Positions 48,950-58,506 are shown, counted from the first letter of the stretch. The stretch is 64,000 nt of DNA from an uncultured Candidatus Actinomarina sp. (GCA_902519845.1 CABYLQ010000005.1:16425-80424); one strand, 5' to 3'. The notes: generated by a model not told the origin, from the letters alone. Program-made: numbers and translations.

Positions 48950-49579
48950 ATGATTAAAGCATATATAAACATTGAAAAAAAGCATGAAAAAGTAATTTCC
49001 TGCCTAAATTCCTATGATTTAGATTCTGTAAATCTAGATAAAATTTTATCACAAAGTGAAGTAAGTTTGGTTTGTACTTCATTTTCTCTATATGGAAAGA
49101 CAAAAAAAAATTTGTCAGATATCGAGTCAGCATCAAAACCTATTCCAGAGTTAATAGTTGCTAATAAAGATGAATTTAAACAAAGTATGGAATTAATTAA
49201 AAATCCAAAAATAGAAGTAATTTCAAGTGATAGCAACGAGGAAGAGGTTGTTGCTAGGTTCCAGTCTTTACTTGGAGATAGTTCATCAGAAAAAATAGAA
49301 TTTAACGATCTTATTATCAATTTAAAAACTTACGAAGCAAAAATTGAGAATCAATTATTAGACTTAACTTTTATGGAGTATGAACTTTTAAAGTTTTTTG
49401 TAGAGAACCAAGACACTGTCTGGTCTAGGGAAGAATTATTAGAAAAAGTTTGGGGGTACGACTATTTTGGGGGAGCTAGAACAGTTGATGTTCATGTAAG
49501 AAGATTAAGATCAAAGCTTGGTGAAAATAGATCTGATTGGATAAAAACAGTTCATTCAGTTGGATACAAATTTAACTAA
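48950..49579 (+). CDS. OmpR/PhoB-type winged-helix transcriptional regulator with degenerate receiver domain (GlnR/GlnRII-like by context)
   Basis: C-terminal LTFMEYELLKFFVENQDTVWSREELLEKVWGYDYFGGARTVDVHVRRLRSKLG...TVHSVGYKF is a trans_reg_C domain. The N-terminal half lacks the acidic pocket. Divergent from glnII. Confidence 0.75.
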   Translation: MIKAYINIEKKHEKVISCLNSYDLDSVNLDKILSQSEVSLVCTSFSLYGKTKKNLSDIESASKPIPELIVANKDEFKQSMELIKNPKIEVISSDSNEEEVVARFQSLLGDSSSEKIEFNDLIINLKTYEAKIENQLLDLTFMEYELLKFFVENQDTVWSREELLEKVWGYDYFGGARTVDVHVRRLRSKLGENRSDWIKTVHSVGYKFN

Positions 49580-49584
49580 AACTT

Positions 49585-49932
49585 TTAGCTAAAACTATCC
49601 CCACATCCACAAGTTCTTGTTGCGTTTGGATTATCAATTGAAAAGCCTGTTTCCATTAAGCCCTCTTTATAATCTAAAGTTGATCCTTTTATGTGTTGAA
49701 GGCTTTGTGAGTCCAGCCCAATTTCAACACCTTCATAGGATTCAAAAATATCGCTTTCTGATCTTTCTGTGTCAAAAAACATTTCATAAGATAAACCTGA
49801 ACAGCCACCTGGTTTGACGCCCATTCTTAAGAAGCTATTTTCTGCAGGTTCAGCAGCTTTTAACTCTATAAGTTTTTTTACAGCACTGTCTGTAGCTATT
49901 ACAGCTCTTGACGATTTTATTTGTAAGTCCAT
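49585..49932 (-). CDS. iron-sulfur cluster insertion protein (HesB/IscA/ErpA family)
   Basis: GGCSGLSYEM and C-terminal NPNATRTCGCGDSF are A-type carrier signatures. Confidence 0.85.
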   Translation of the reverse strand: MDLQIKSSRAVIATDSAVKKLIELKAAEPAENSFLRMGVKPGGCSGLSYEMFFDTERSESDIFESYEGVEIGLDSQSLQHIKGSTLDYKEGLMETGFSIDNPNATRTCGCGDSFS

Positions 49933-50040
49933 AGTTCTATTATACCAAAGTTGTAATTATTCAAAAAATTTATTATTACATGATTATTTTTCTCTTTAAT
50001 ATATATACATGAGTCAGAAACATAAAACGAATTAAAGATA

Positions 50041-51336
50041 ATGGAAAAAATATCAATTAACGACCTTGTAAATGAGGTAATTTCTGATTTACCCAGAGAA
50101 ATTTTGATATACATTGCCCAAAACCTTAAAGTTGACACTTTAGAAAAAGATGAAATTATTGAATATTTTAAAAATGAAGTGTCTCGTTATTCTGCAAAAG
50201 TTCAAAAAAATGTTATAAATTGCACGGGAACATTGTTGCATACAAATCTTGGAAGATCGCAAATAGATACAAATTATTCTGGAGAAAGTACAAATATAGA
50301 ATTTGATCTTTTTAATCAAAAAAGAGGGATGCGAAATGAATTTCTGAGAGAATTTATGAACCTACTTTTAAATTCTGAGGATGTTTGTTTTGTTAACAAT
50401 AATGCATCTTCTTTATATGTAACGTTAAAGACACTGAAGGATGAATTTGAAATAAACTCAGTAATTATTTCACGTGGGGAAATAATTGAAATTGGTGGCT
50501 CCTATAGGCTTCCAGAGATAATTCAAGAAACTGGATTAAATATGATAGAAATAGGCACTACTAATAAGACTCGGATAAAAGATTATCAAAAGGCATTAGA
50601 TAAAAACGATAAAAGTTTGATACTAAAAGTACATAGATCAAACTATTCAATAGATGGTTTTACAGAAGATGTCGATATAAAAGAGTTGAAATCTCTTGCG
50701 GACAGAAACGATGCTTTATTGTTACATGATATTGGAAGCGGATTAGTAATCTCAAAAAAATTTTTAAAAAAAGAAAATATATCAATATTTGATAATGAGC
50801 CTACGATTCAAGAATCTTTGGAAGACGGTGCCGATATTGTTATGTTTTCTGGTGATAAACTATTTGGTTCTGTTCAATCAGGTATTATTGCCGGCAATCA
50901 AAAAATTATAAAAAAAATTAAGGACAGTCCTTTGTTTAGAACCTATCGTTGTTCTCCGTTTACTCTTTACGAACTACAAGAAACCACCATAAAATATATC
51001 TCAAAGAGAGAGCTTGAAATTCCTGTATGGAAAATGATATCTCTTAAATATGAAGACTTATATAAAAGGGCTGAGGAAATTTCTAAAGTTATTAAATTTG
51101 AGCACTCAATTGTTGATGATTATTCAATAATGGGCGGTGGGACAATGCCTGATAAAAAAATACTTTCTCCAGTAATAAAAATTGATATGTTGAGCAATGA
51201 ACACTTATTAAAAAACTTAATTTTAAACTCCAAACCAATAATCCCAAGAACCAGCAAAGAAAAAATAGTTATTGATGTAAGAAGTACACATAAAAAAAAT
51301 GACGAAATAATTAAAGCTTTTTTCTTGTCACAATGA
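50041..51336 (+). CDS. selA: L-seryl-tRNA(Sec) selenium transferase
   Basis: VINCTGTLLHTNLGRS and FSGDKLFGSVQSGIIAG (PLP lysine) match SelA signatures. Confidence 0.9.
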   Translation: MEKISINDLVNEVISDLPREILIYIAQNLKVDTLEKDEIIEYFKNEVSRYSAKVQKNVINCTGTLLHTNLGRSQIDTNYSGESTNIEFDLFNQKRGMRNEFLREFMNLLLNSEDVCFVNNNASSLYVTLKTLKDEFEINSVIISRGEIIEIGGSYRLPEIIQETGLNMIEIGTTNKTRIKDYQKALDKNDKSLILKVHRSNYSIDGFTEDVDIKELKSLADRNDALLLHDIGSGLVISKKFLKKENISIFDNEPTIQESLEDGADIVMFSGDKLFGSVQSGIIAGNQKIIKKIKDSPLFRTYRCSPFTLYELQETTIKYISKRELEIPVWKMISLKYEDLYKRAEEISKVIKFEHSIVDDYSIMGGGTMPDKKILSPVIKIDMLSNEHLLKNLILNSKPIIPRTSKEKIVIDVRSTHKKNDEIIKAFFLSQ

Positions 51337-53012
51337 CCGTATTAGCTACAGCAGGACATGTAGATCATGGAAAATCTACATTTGTAAATTTTTTGACAAA
51401 ACAAGAAACAGATCGACTACCAGAAGAAAAAAAACGTGGACTGACAATAAATTTAGGTTACACCTACTTCTCATATGAAAATAAAACATACTCTATAGTC
51501 GATGTACCAGGACACAAAGATTACTTTAAAAATACTGTATCTGGATTTTCAAATGCAGATGTCATATTTTTTATTATTGATTCGACAGAAAACTGGTCTG
51601 AACAATCTGAAGAGCATTTTCAAGCTTTGATTGCTTTAAAAAAAAGAAATTTTCTATTTGTTTATACAAAAACAGATTTACTCAAAGGTGAAATAGATAA
51701 GAAAATTTTATTAAATAAAATTGAGGCTTTTAAAGATATAAATTATAAAATTTTAGAATTCAATAAAGTTGAGTCAAATAATAAAGATTTTTCAAAAGTA
51801 ATTCATGAATTCATCGAATCTTGTAATTTTGATAAAAAAAATCCTTCGATGTGGGTAGATAGAGCATTTACCATCGATGGAACAGGGAAGGTCGTTACAG
51901 GCACAGCATCGAAGTCTTTTGATTACAAAAATATTATTTTTAATTTACACAATAAGAAATTGCAAATAAAAGAAATTCAAAACAGGGACGCAATTAATCA
52001 AGAAAATAATGAAACAAAGAGAATTGCTATTTCTCTTAAAAAAACAAATGATTCTTTTCCAAAAAGAGGCGATTTGTTAACAAATAAAGAGATAACTTTT
52101 ACAAATATGCTATTTATAAAATTAAATTCTGAATATAACGATTATCTTTTTTCAAAAGGTACGTCAAGAATATTTTTTGGAACGGATAATGTAAATATTA
52201 AAAAAATAAACTTTATCAAGATAGAAGAAAATACTTACGTTAATTTAACAATTTCTAAAGCTGTTCCACTTCCAGAATTTGAAAATGTCATCATTCAAAA
52301 TATTGATAAAAATCAAATTGTTGGTGGAGAATTTTTGTTTTTTTTAAGTGATATACAAAATCAGATATTGAATAAGAAGATTAAAAATTCAAAGGAGGTT
52401 AAAAATTTGTTGGATATTTTTAATACTCTTAATGTTAAATATTTTAAAGAAAACACTAAATTTGCTCGTATAAATGATGAGTATATAAATGAATCAATTC
52501 TAGATGAAATTTATGAGATTCTAGAAAATAGCTTTTCAGAGATTAATAAAGCCGGTGTTGAAAGGTACTTCAATGATAAATACCAAATAAAAGTTGAAAT
52601 AATTAAGGAAATTTTAAATAATTATGAAGATATTGAAATTTCAAATAATCAATTATTAAAAATTAATAACGATCAAGATGTTTTAATTTCGGAATATAAA
52701 AAAATATATAAACTTCTGGGTGATGGGTTAGATGTAAATTCTATTGATATAAAATCTTTTGATAGAAAGTACATGAAAGAGCTATTTTTAATTAAGAAAA
52801 TTTATAGAGTTAACTCTAAGCTTATAATTTCTGAAATACATTTAGAAAAATTAATTTCGATTGTAAAAAAACTACCCAAAAATTTTTCTATTAATGATTT
52901 TAAAGAGGAATCTAATCTCTCAAGAAAATATTCCATTCCGTATCTTGAACTTTTGGATAAATTAAAAATTACAACAAAAATTGATAAATCAGGAATGAGA
53001 AAGATAACTTAG
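51333..53012 (+). CDS. selB: selenocysteine-specific translation elongation factor
   Basis: ATAGHVDHGKSTF, DRLPEEKKRGLTINLGY and DVPGH closely parallel the E. coli SelB G-domain. Shares a 4-nt ATGA overlap with selA. Confidence 0.85.
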   Translation: MTVLATAGHVDHGKSTFVNFLTKQETDRLPEEKKRGLTINLGYTYFSYENKTYSIVDVPGHKDYFKNTVSGFSNADVIFFIIDSTENWSEQSEEHFQALIALKKRNFLFVYTKTDLLKGEIDKKILLNKIEAFKDINYKILEFNKVESNNKDFSKVIHEFIESCNFDKKNPSMWVDRAFTIDGTGKVVTGTASKSFDYKNIIFNLHNKKLQIKEIQNRDAINQENNETKRIAISLKKTNDSFPKRGDLLTNKEITFTNMLFIKLNSEYNDYLFSKGTSRIFFGTDNVNIKKINFIKIEENTYVNLTISKAVPLPEFENVIIQNIDKNQIVGGEFLFFLSDIQNQILNKKIKNSKEVKNLLDIFNTLNVKYFKENTKFARINDEYINESILDEIYEILENSFSEINKAGVERYFNDKYQIKVEIIKEILNNYEDIEISNNQLLKINNDQDVLISEYKKIYKLLGDGLDVNSIDIKSFDRKYMKELFLIKKIYRVNSKLIISEIHLEKLISIVKKLPKNFSINDFKEESNLSRKYSIPYLELLDKLKITTKIDKSGMRKIT

Positions 53013-53263
53013 GAAAAAATTAAATTTCTCTTTCTTTCAACTTCATTTAGGCCTCCCCAAATTCCAAAAGGTTCTTCAATTTCTTTAGCCTCCTCTAAGC
53101 AATTAAGTTTTACAGGACAACCATTACATACTGCCTTTGCTTTTAATTCTCTTTTTTCTCTGTCTTCTTTTTTCTCAAAGGTGGCAGGTGGGAAAAATAA
53201 ATTTGTACTGTGTTGTCTGCAAAGAGCGTGGTATTGCCAAGTTGAAATTTTTATTTCTAACAT
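53009..53263 (-). CDS. WhiB-family transcriptional regulator
   Basis: Four-Cys pattern (C at ALCRQ, then CNGCPVKLNC) and the GIWGG turn. Confidence 0.85.
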   Translation of the reverse strand: MLEIKISTWQYHALCRQHSTNLFFPPATFEKKEDREKRELKAKAVCNGCPVKLNCLEEAKEIEEPFGIWGGLNEVERKRNLIFS

Positions 53264-53330
53264 ATTGGAACATTATTTCAAAAAATTTAAATGGCAAAAG
53301 GTTTTTTTCGCGAAGTTTTACTGATATTTC

Positions 53331-54449
53331 TTAAATATATAAGTTTCCATCTTTTTCACTAAAAATATACGTGTTTTCTTCTTTGTAAGATTTACTTAGG
53401 TCAAGATTTACTCTCAATTTAAGATTTTTATAACTTACGATTGCAACATCTGATTCAAGTATTTGTATTAGTTTGCATTCTTTATCAACAAGTGAGGTTG
53501 CTCCACTTGTATCCGTTGTAAGTCTTGATCTTATGACAGTTGGTATTGCGACAAAATAAAATAAAGCTAAACCAATAGATACTGCTAACAACAATAATCT
53601 ATTGACACTAACTTCATAATTACTAAACATAATTTGGGAAGATGCTGATAAAACTAAGAGTGCTCCTGCGCCTAAATAAGAAAAATAACCTCTCGATAAA
53701 ATTTTTAAATAAATAACAAAAGAACTTAAAAATACAACAATGCCCAAATAATTTATTCCAAACTCATTGAATGGTAAGCTAGATGAAATTACTAAAAGTG
53801 ATCCCACCACTGCCATCAATCCGGGGCCAATTGCGAAAAGTTCTAAACCGATCAATGCAAAACCTAATACAAAAAACATATATGTAAATATAGGATTAGA
53901 GATAGCAATGTAAAACCTTTCTAACAAAGATGGTTTGAAAAATTCTATAGATTGATCTGATTTCTCAAAATCAATATTCTCAATGAATGAACCCAATGTT
54001 CCAACTATAAGGTAACCATCATAAATACCCTCTTCATCAGAAATAATAATTTTTCTTTCAGTAAAATTGCACATGTTGATTTGGCAAAACTTATCTTCTA
54101 CTGCTTTGTCAAAATTTACATTATAAATTTCAATTCCAGGAGACAATCCTATATATTTAAAATTCTTTAATAAATTATAATTAATAGAAATTTCAAATGG
54201 TCCAAACCAAATAGCAACAGGAAAATCATATTTTGTAAGCAGGTCATTAAACTTCAAATCACTCTCACTGCTTCCCTCTTTTGAGCTATATTGAAGAATT
54301 AATAAATCATCATCATCATAATCTTGATCGATTATGTGTTCCTCTAGAGCATTCAAATGAGCACTGGAAAAAATACCTTCGATTTCAAAGATATTTAATT
54401 GGGAGGACCCAACAACAGCAAAAATTAAAGTAGAAATTAAATATGTCAT
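53331..54449 (-). CDS. NfeD-family membrane protein
   Basis: Signal/TM, a soluble N-terminal domain, then the TM block FFVLGFALIGLELFAIGPGLMAVVGSLLV typical of NfeD, and a C-terminal beta-rich domain. Confidence 0.55.
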   Translation of the reverse strand: MTYLISTLIFAVVGSSQLNIFEIEGIFSSAHLNALEEHIIDQDYDDDDLLILQYSSKEGSSESDLKFNDLLTKYDFPVAIWFGPFEISINYNLLKNFKYIGLSPGIEIYNVNFDKAVEDKFCQINMCNFTERKIIISDEEGIYDGYLIVGTLGSFIENIDFEKSDQSIEFFKPSLLERFYIAISNPIFTYMFFVLGFALIGLELFAIGPGLMAVVGSLLVISSSLPFNEFGINYLGIVVFLSSFVIYLKILSRGYFSYLGAGALLVLSASSQIMFSNYEVSVNRLLLLAVSIGLALFYFVAIPTVIRSRLTTDTSGATSLVDKECKLIQILESDVAIVSYKNLKLRVNLDLSKSYKEENTYIFSEKDGNLYI

Positions 54450-54487
54450 TATTGTTTAAAATTACAGAATAGTATGCTTTTAAAACT

Positions 54488-54817
54488 GTGAAAATTTTAA
54501 TTTATAGCGATAATGAATGGGTCATAGAATCAGTAGAAAAATACATAGATTTTGAATATGATCTCATGAAAAATATTGACTTTGAGGATTTAAATGACCG
54601 TTTTGATTTTATATTGGTTGACATGCAGGTAAAAAATAATGGTGGTCCATCAATAATAAGAGAGTTGAAAAGGCAAAAAATAACAAAAAATATACCGATC
54701 GCCTTAATTGCTGACAGAGAAGCTGATGAATTCCAGGCAAATAGAGTGGGTGCTGATTTTTTTGCAGTTAAACCCTTATCCAAAACTAAATTAAATAATT
54801 TCTTTAATAAAGAATAA
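54488..54817 (+). CDS. stand-alone CheY-like receiver-domain protein
   Basis: GTG start. KILIY (beta1), FDFILVDMQ (putative phospho-Asp) and ADFFAVKP (conserved Lys). The N-terminal acidic pair is reduced to SD. Confidence 0.5.
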   Translation: MKILIYSDNEWVIESVEKYIDFEYDLMKNIDFEDLNDRFDFILVDMQVKNNGGPSIIRELKRQKITKNIPIALIADREADEFQANRVGADFFAVKPLSKTKLNNFFNKE

Positions 54818-54843
54818 AAATCCTCTACAATCATATATACAAA

Positions 54844-56091
54844 TTGAGTATTAATTTTGACTTCGTTTTATACATAGTATTTTTTCTTTGTTTAATACTA
54901 TCTGGAATGTTATCTGGTTCTGAAACAGCTATAACTTCTATACCCAAACAAAAAGTTCACCAATTAGATGACTCAAGAAAAAACAATAGAATAAAACGAG
55001 CAAAAGAAAATATTGAAAAGACTATAGGCGGCATTCTTGTTGGAAATAACTTTGTAAATATCTTAATGGCGTCTGTTGCAACTTTAATTTTTGTTAGAAG
55101 GTTTGGTGAAAGTGCTGGAAGTGCAATAGCAACTATATTTACAACAGTAATTGTTTTAATATTTGGTGACATTACTCCCAAGACGTTGGCAACAAAACTT
55201 CCAATAGTATTTTTATCTAGAACTACATTTTTGGTTGAATTGCTTTCGAAACTTTTTGCACCTTTTACTGAAGCTATAACAAAATTAATAATGAAATTTG
55301 TTAGAACTTCTGATGAAGATGATGCAGAGGTAACTGAAGCTGACATACAAGCATTGACTGCTCTTGGAGAAATTGAAGGTCAGATACTACCTGCTGAACG
55401 AGAGATCATTGACTCATTGCTTGACTTTTCAGACAGGCCAATAAAAGAGATAATGACTCCTCGGGTAGATGTATTATTTTTGTCGCTTCCAATAAACATT
55501 GTTGATGTAAAAGCATTAGTTAATGATAAAAGAATATCTAGAATGCCTGTCTCGAAGTCAGAATCTTTGGATGACACATTTGGCATTGTATATGTGAAAG
55601 ATTTATTTAATTTAAAAGCAAATTCAGACTCAGTTGAGATTGAAAATCTTGTTAAGGATGTCATTTATTTACCAGAATATACCACTGTTCTTTCAGCATT
55701 AAATATTCTGCGAGAAAACAAATCTAGTTTTGCATGTGTTATTGATGAAAATGGTGGAATTGAAGGTGTAATAACAATCAAGGACGTGTTGTCCGAGTTT
55801 GTGGGAGATCTTCCAGATGAACACGATCAACGTTTTTTGGGAATTAATAGGCTTGGACCGGGTCAATGGACAATTGAAGGTAAGACAGATATTGATGATT
55901 TTGAAGAGTTTTTTGGTTTAGACCCTAACGATAAAGATGTTGCTACAGTTGGAGGATTATTTTTAAGTCATTCAGAACAGTTACCATCTAGAGGTGAAAA
56001 AATTACTATAGATGGTCTAGAAATAACAATTACTGAGATGGATAATCGAAGAATTGAGACCGTAACAGTAAAAAAAATATCAAGAAAGTAA
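54844..56091 (+). CDS. HlyC/CorC-family transporter (DUF21 + CBS pair + CorC_HlyC)
   Basis: TTG start. LSGSETAITS (DUF21), IKEIMTPRVDV, the CBS pair, and a C-terminal transporter-associated domain. Confidence 0.85.
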   Translation: MSINFDFVLYIVFFLCLILSGMLSGSETAITSIPKQKVHQLDDSRKNNRIKRAKENIEKTIGGILVGNNFVNILMASVATLIFVRRFGESAGSAIATIFTTVIVLIFGDITPKTLATKLPIVFLSRTTFLVELLSKLFAPFTEAITKLIMKFVRTSDEDDAEVTEADIQALTALGEIEGQILPAEREIIDSLLDFSDRPIKEIMTPRVDVLFLSLPINIVDVKALVNDKRISRMPVSKSESLDDTFGIVYVKDLFNLKANSDSVEIENLVKDVIYLPEYTTVLSALNILRENKSSFACVIDENGGIEGVITIKDVLSEFVGDLPDEHDQRFLGINRLGPGQWTIEGKTDIDDFEEFFGLDPNDKDVATVGGLFLSHSEQLPSRGEKITIDGLEITITEMDNRRIETVTVKKISRK

Positions 56092-56094
56092 TTA

Positions 56095-56376
56095 ATGGGA
56101 ACAATTTGGGCAGTTATTTCTTTGTTGGCTGTTTGGCTACTTTATGGTCTATTTGCCTCTTTTTTCATCAGGGGCATTACTAGTAGGGATGCTATCCCCT
56201 TACTTTTATCTGGGATGATAGGTGGTGCTATTGGAGGCCAATTATCCCAACTTATGGAAATACCTACATACTTATGGTGGATGAGTGAATTAATGAAATT
56301 TTTATTAACTATTTTGTCACTTTATATTATTAGTATTTTTTGGAAAAAAAGAAAAAGTAAAAAAAGTAAAACTTAA
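56095..56376 (+). CDS. small membrane protein (GlsB/YeaQ/YmgE transglycosylase-associated-like)
   Basis: 93 aa with 3 TM helices and the Gly-zipper SGMIGGAIGGQL. Confidence 0.45.
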   Translation: MGTIWAVISLLAVWLLYGLFASFFIRGITSRDAIPLLLSGMIGGAIGGQLSQLMEIPTYLWWMSELMKFLLTILSLYIISIFWKKRKSKKSKT

Positions 56377-56651
56377 TTCTTTGGAACTCTTGCAGCTTTT
56401 AAAAGATTTCCACTTTCATCAATCAGGCCACATCTCTTTGAAATTAATTTAGTGTTGAAAAAAAATAAATCTTTTCGAAAAATTGCAATATACCCATATC
56501 CACCTACTTTTTCAAGTTTATCTAATGCAGCTTGAAGATTATTAACATCTGAAACAATTAAGACAGGCCTCTCTTGATATAAGGCGTCCCATTCAGTTGA
56601 AGGAGCTATCTTGGAAGATTTTTGAAGCTGGTTTAAAATCTCTTCATTCAT
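56373..56651 (-). CDS. hypothetical protein, last gene of the mtl operon
   Basis: The ORF is listed from 56708. The internal ATG at 56651 (MNEEILNQ...) gives only an 8-nt overlap with ptsH and is preferred. No recognisable motif. Confidence 0.4.
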   Translation of the reverse strand: MNEEILNQLQKSSKIAPSTEWDALYQERPVLIVSDVNNLQAALDKLEKVGGYGYIAIFRKDLFFFNTKLISKRCGLIDESGNLLKAARVPKN

Positions 56652-56982
56652 TATCAAATATAACCTCAAAAGTTTTAAGTAGCTCTTCATTAACTTGGTC
56701 ATTATCAAAATCTTCTTTATTCTTATATGCTTCTGTTTCCCAAGATTCTAATTTATCAATAAGCTCTATTTCGTCTTCACCTTCAACAGAAACGTTTATC
56801 ACTGCAAATTGTTTAGGCTCAATTTTAAATAAGCTAAGTAAGCTTTTTCCATTTGCTGTTTTACCATCAACTTCTATGGTTACTGAACTTTTATAACTTT
56901 GACACAATTTAACAAATTCACTTCCTGGACGAGCGTGAAGTCCCGGATAGATTAGAATATTAAATTTTCTAGTTACTGTCAT
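56644..56982 (-). CDS. ptsH: phosphocarrier protein HPr with acidic C-terminal extension
   Basis: YPGLHARPGSEF (His-15 site) and ANGKSLLSL (Ser-46 region). 112 aa compared with about 88 aa for a typical HPr. Confidence 0.8.
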   Translation of the reverse strand: MTVTRKFNILIYPGLHARPGSEFVKLCQSYKSSVTIEVDGKTANGKSLLSLFKIEPKQFAVINVSVEGEDEIELIDKLESWETEAYKNKEDFDNDQVNEELLKTFEVIFDNE

Positions 56983-56983
56983 T

Positions 56984-58063
56984 TTATAATCCCATACTGT
57001 CTGAATATAAATGTAAATTGTTGCCTTGATTCCAATACGTTTTATACATATTTGTTTTTCCTAAGTTTAGTACCTTCTCTTTAAATTCACTAAAGCCCTC
57101 AACTGCTGAAAAATCATAATCGAATAAAATATCTAAAAGTTCTGCGAACCCTTCAATTGATCTTTTGTTTTTAAGCAATAGATCAAGAGGTCCTTGAAAT
57201 CTTTCATTTTGTGAGAATTTAAAGAATGGATTTCTAGCAACTCTTATTAGTTCATCATTTATCTCATCATTTGAAAATCTGTCAATAATGGATTTTTTAT
57301 AATTTTCAATTTTATCTTTGTCTTCAAAACCTAATAAAAAGATGCTTTCAAAAAAATTCGTTGAGATAGTTTTAGTAAACTCTTGTGTGTCACTGTTAGT
57401 GAAAAGTTCATGAATGTATTTTAAATTTTTTGATAAACCAAAATAAGCAAGGCATAAATGAAAACCATTTAACATCCATAATTTTTTTTTAAATTCATAT
57501 TCGTAATTACCATAAGTTACTACATCTGACTCGTCTAAAGGTGCATTATGGTTTTCATCTAGCACTATTGATCCATATTCTTCTACATTGACATCAAGGA
57601 ATTTTGAATACTGTATTGGAATAATTTTATCTACAACAGCATCAATAAAATGTAAATTTTTATCATCTGCTTCACATTCTGTTTTTGTTGTTGTAGAACA
57701 TCTATATTTATTTTCAAAGGCTATAAAATTTAGATCGTTTCCTGGGTTGTTGTCTGAAACAGTATTAACTACATCCTTTACATAATTGGGGCCAACAGAT
57801 GTTGTTATTAGCTCGCTTTTCTTTATTAATGTACTTAAGTTTTTTGTATCACTTAAGTTAATACCTTTGATGTTTTCAATTGTATTGGTCTTTTTTTTAG
57901 AATTGATATATCTGATATGATATTTCTTTTCCTGATTTATTTTATTTATAAGATTCTCATCAATATCAATGAAAATAACTTGAAAATTGTTTTCCTGTAA
58001 CACTGGAGCTATAAATCCTCGTCCTATATTTCCAGCCCCAAAATGTAAAGCTAATTTATCCAT
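56984..58063 (-). CDS. mtlD: mannitol-1-phosphate 5-dehydrogenase
   Basis: MDKLALHFGAGNIGRGFIAPVL matches the MtlD N-terminus. The start at 58063 is preferred over 58114, which would overlap the IIA gene. Confidence 0.85.
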   Translation of the reverse strand: MDKLALHFGAGNIGRGFIAPVLQENNFQVIFIDIDENLINKINQEKKYHIRYINSKKKTNTIENIKGINLSDTKNLSTLIKKSELITTSVGPNYVKDVVNTVSDNNPGNDLNFIAFENKYRCSTTTKTECEADDKNLHFIDAVVDKIIPIQYSKFLDVNVEEYGSIVLDENHNAPLDESDVVTYGNYEYEFKKKLWMLNGFHLCLAYFGLSKNLKYIHELFTNSDTQEFTKTISTNFFESIFLLGFEDKDKIENYKKSIIDRFSNDEINDELIRVARNPFFKFSQNERFQGPLDLLLKNKRSIEGFAELLDILFDYDFSAVEGFSEFKEKVLNLGKTNMYKTYWNQGNNLHLYSDSMGL

Positions 58064-58068
58064 ATTTA

Positions 58069-58506
58069 TTAGTTTAAAATATCGTAAATTTTTTCGACTG
58101 AATTGGTTTCCCAAAGTCTTTTTGCATCTTCCTCAGACTCTATAGCATCCCCCAAAGAGGCTAAAACATTCATATGCTCTTCACTATTTGCAGCTATAGC
58201 GATTACTATATAAACTTTTTCACCTAGCCAATCTACTCCTCTGGGAATTTGCAAAATGCTTATCCCAGTATGTTTAATAAACTTAAAACCCTGAGACATT
58301 CCGTGAGGTATCGCAACTCCTGCTCCAGGTAAATAAGTTGTGTATGGATGTTTTTCAACTTTTTCTTTCATAGATTGAATATATTCAGGTTCAATATATT
58401 CATTGTCAATTAACAATTTTCCAGAAATTTCCAAACATTCATCAATTGTTTGAATTTCTTGATCAACCAAAATCGCCTCTTTTACGAGCACAGGCTTTGA
58501 TATCAT
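58069..58506 (-). CDS. PTS mannitol/fructose-type EIIA component (PTS_EIIA_2)
   Basis: GVAIPHG (phosphorylatable His) and VYIVIAIAA..EEHMNVLASL. Confidence 0.8.
   Translation of the reverse strand: MISKPVLVKEAILVDQEIQTIDECLEISGKLLIDNEYIEPEYIQSMKEKVEKHPYTTYLPGAGVAIPHGMSQGFKFIKHTGISILQIPRGVDWLGEKVYIVIAIAANSEEHMNVLASLGDAIESEEDAKRLWETNSVEKIYDILN

Noticed and set aside
48336-49320. Antisense ORFs inside glnII (48336..48668) and inside the OmpR-type regulator (48954..49136, 49012..49320)
   Set aside because: They overlap genes with unambiguous family signatures on the other strand and have no motifs of their own.
49933-53330. Search for selC (tRNA-Sec) next to selA/selB
   Set aside because: The intergenic stretches (49933-50040, 53264-53330) are uniformly AT-rich. 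They contain no GC-rich cloverleaf-like block or TCA anticodon-loop context, so no tRNA-Sec is called.
54502-54834. 110-aa minus-strand ORF almost exactly co-extensive with the receiver-domain gene
   Set aside because: The plus-strand frame shows the ordered CheY-like beta/alpha pattern (KILIY, ILVDMQ, AVKP). The minus-strand product is low-complexity Ser/Phe/Lys-rich with no motif, which is typical of an antisense shadow ORF in AT-rich DNA.
54957-55664. Two minus-strand ORFs (129 and 94 aa) inside the CorC/HlyC gene
   Set aside because: They are shadow ORFs. The plus-strand DUF21-CBS-CorC architecture is continuous and well supported.
44015-58114. N-terminal extensions of three tracked ORFs: tagA-like from 44015, mtlD from 58114, and the 92-aa ORF from 56708
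   Set aside because: The extensions are hydrophobic or low-complexity and would overlap upstream genes or tRNA-flanking sequence. Internal ATG codons at 44048, 58063 and 56651 coincide with the conserved family N-termini or give minimal overlaps.
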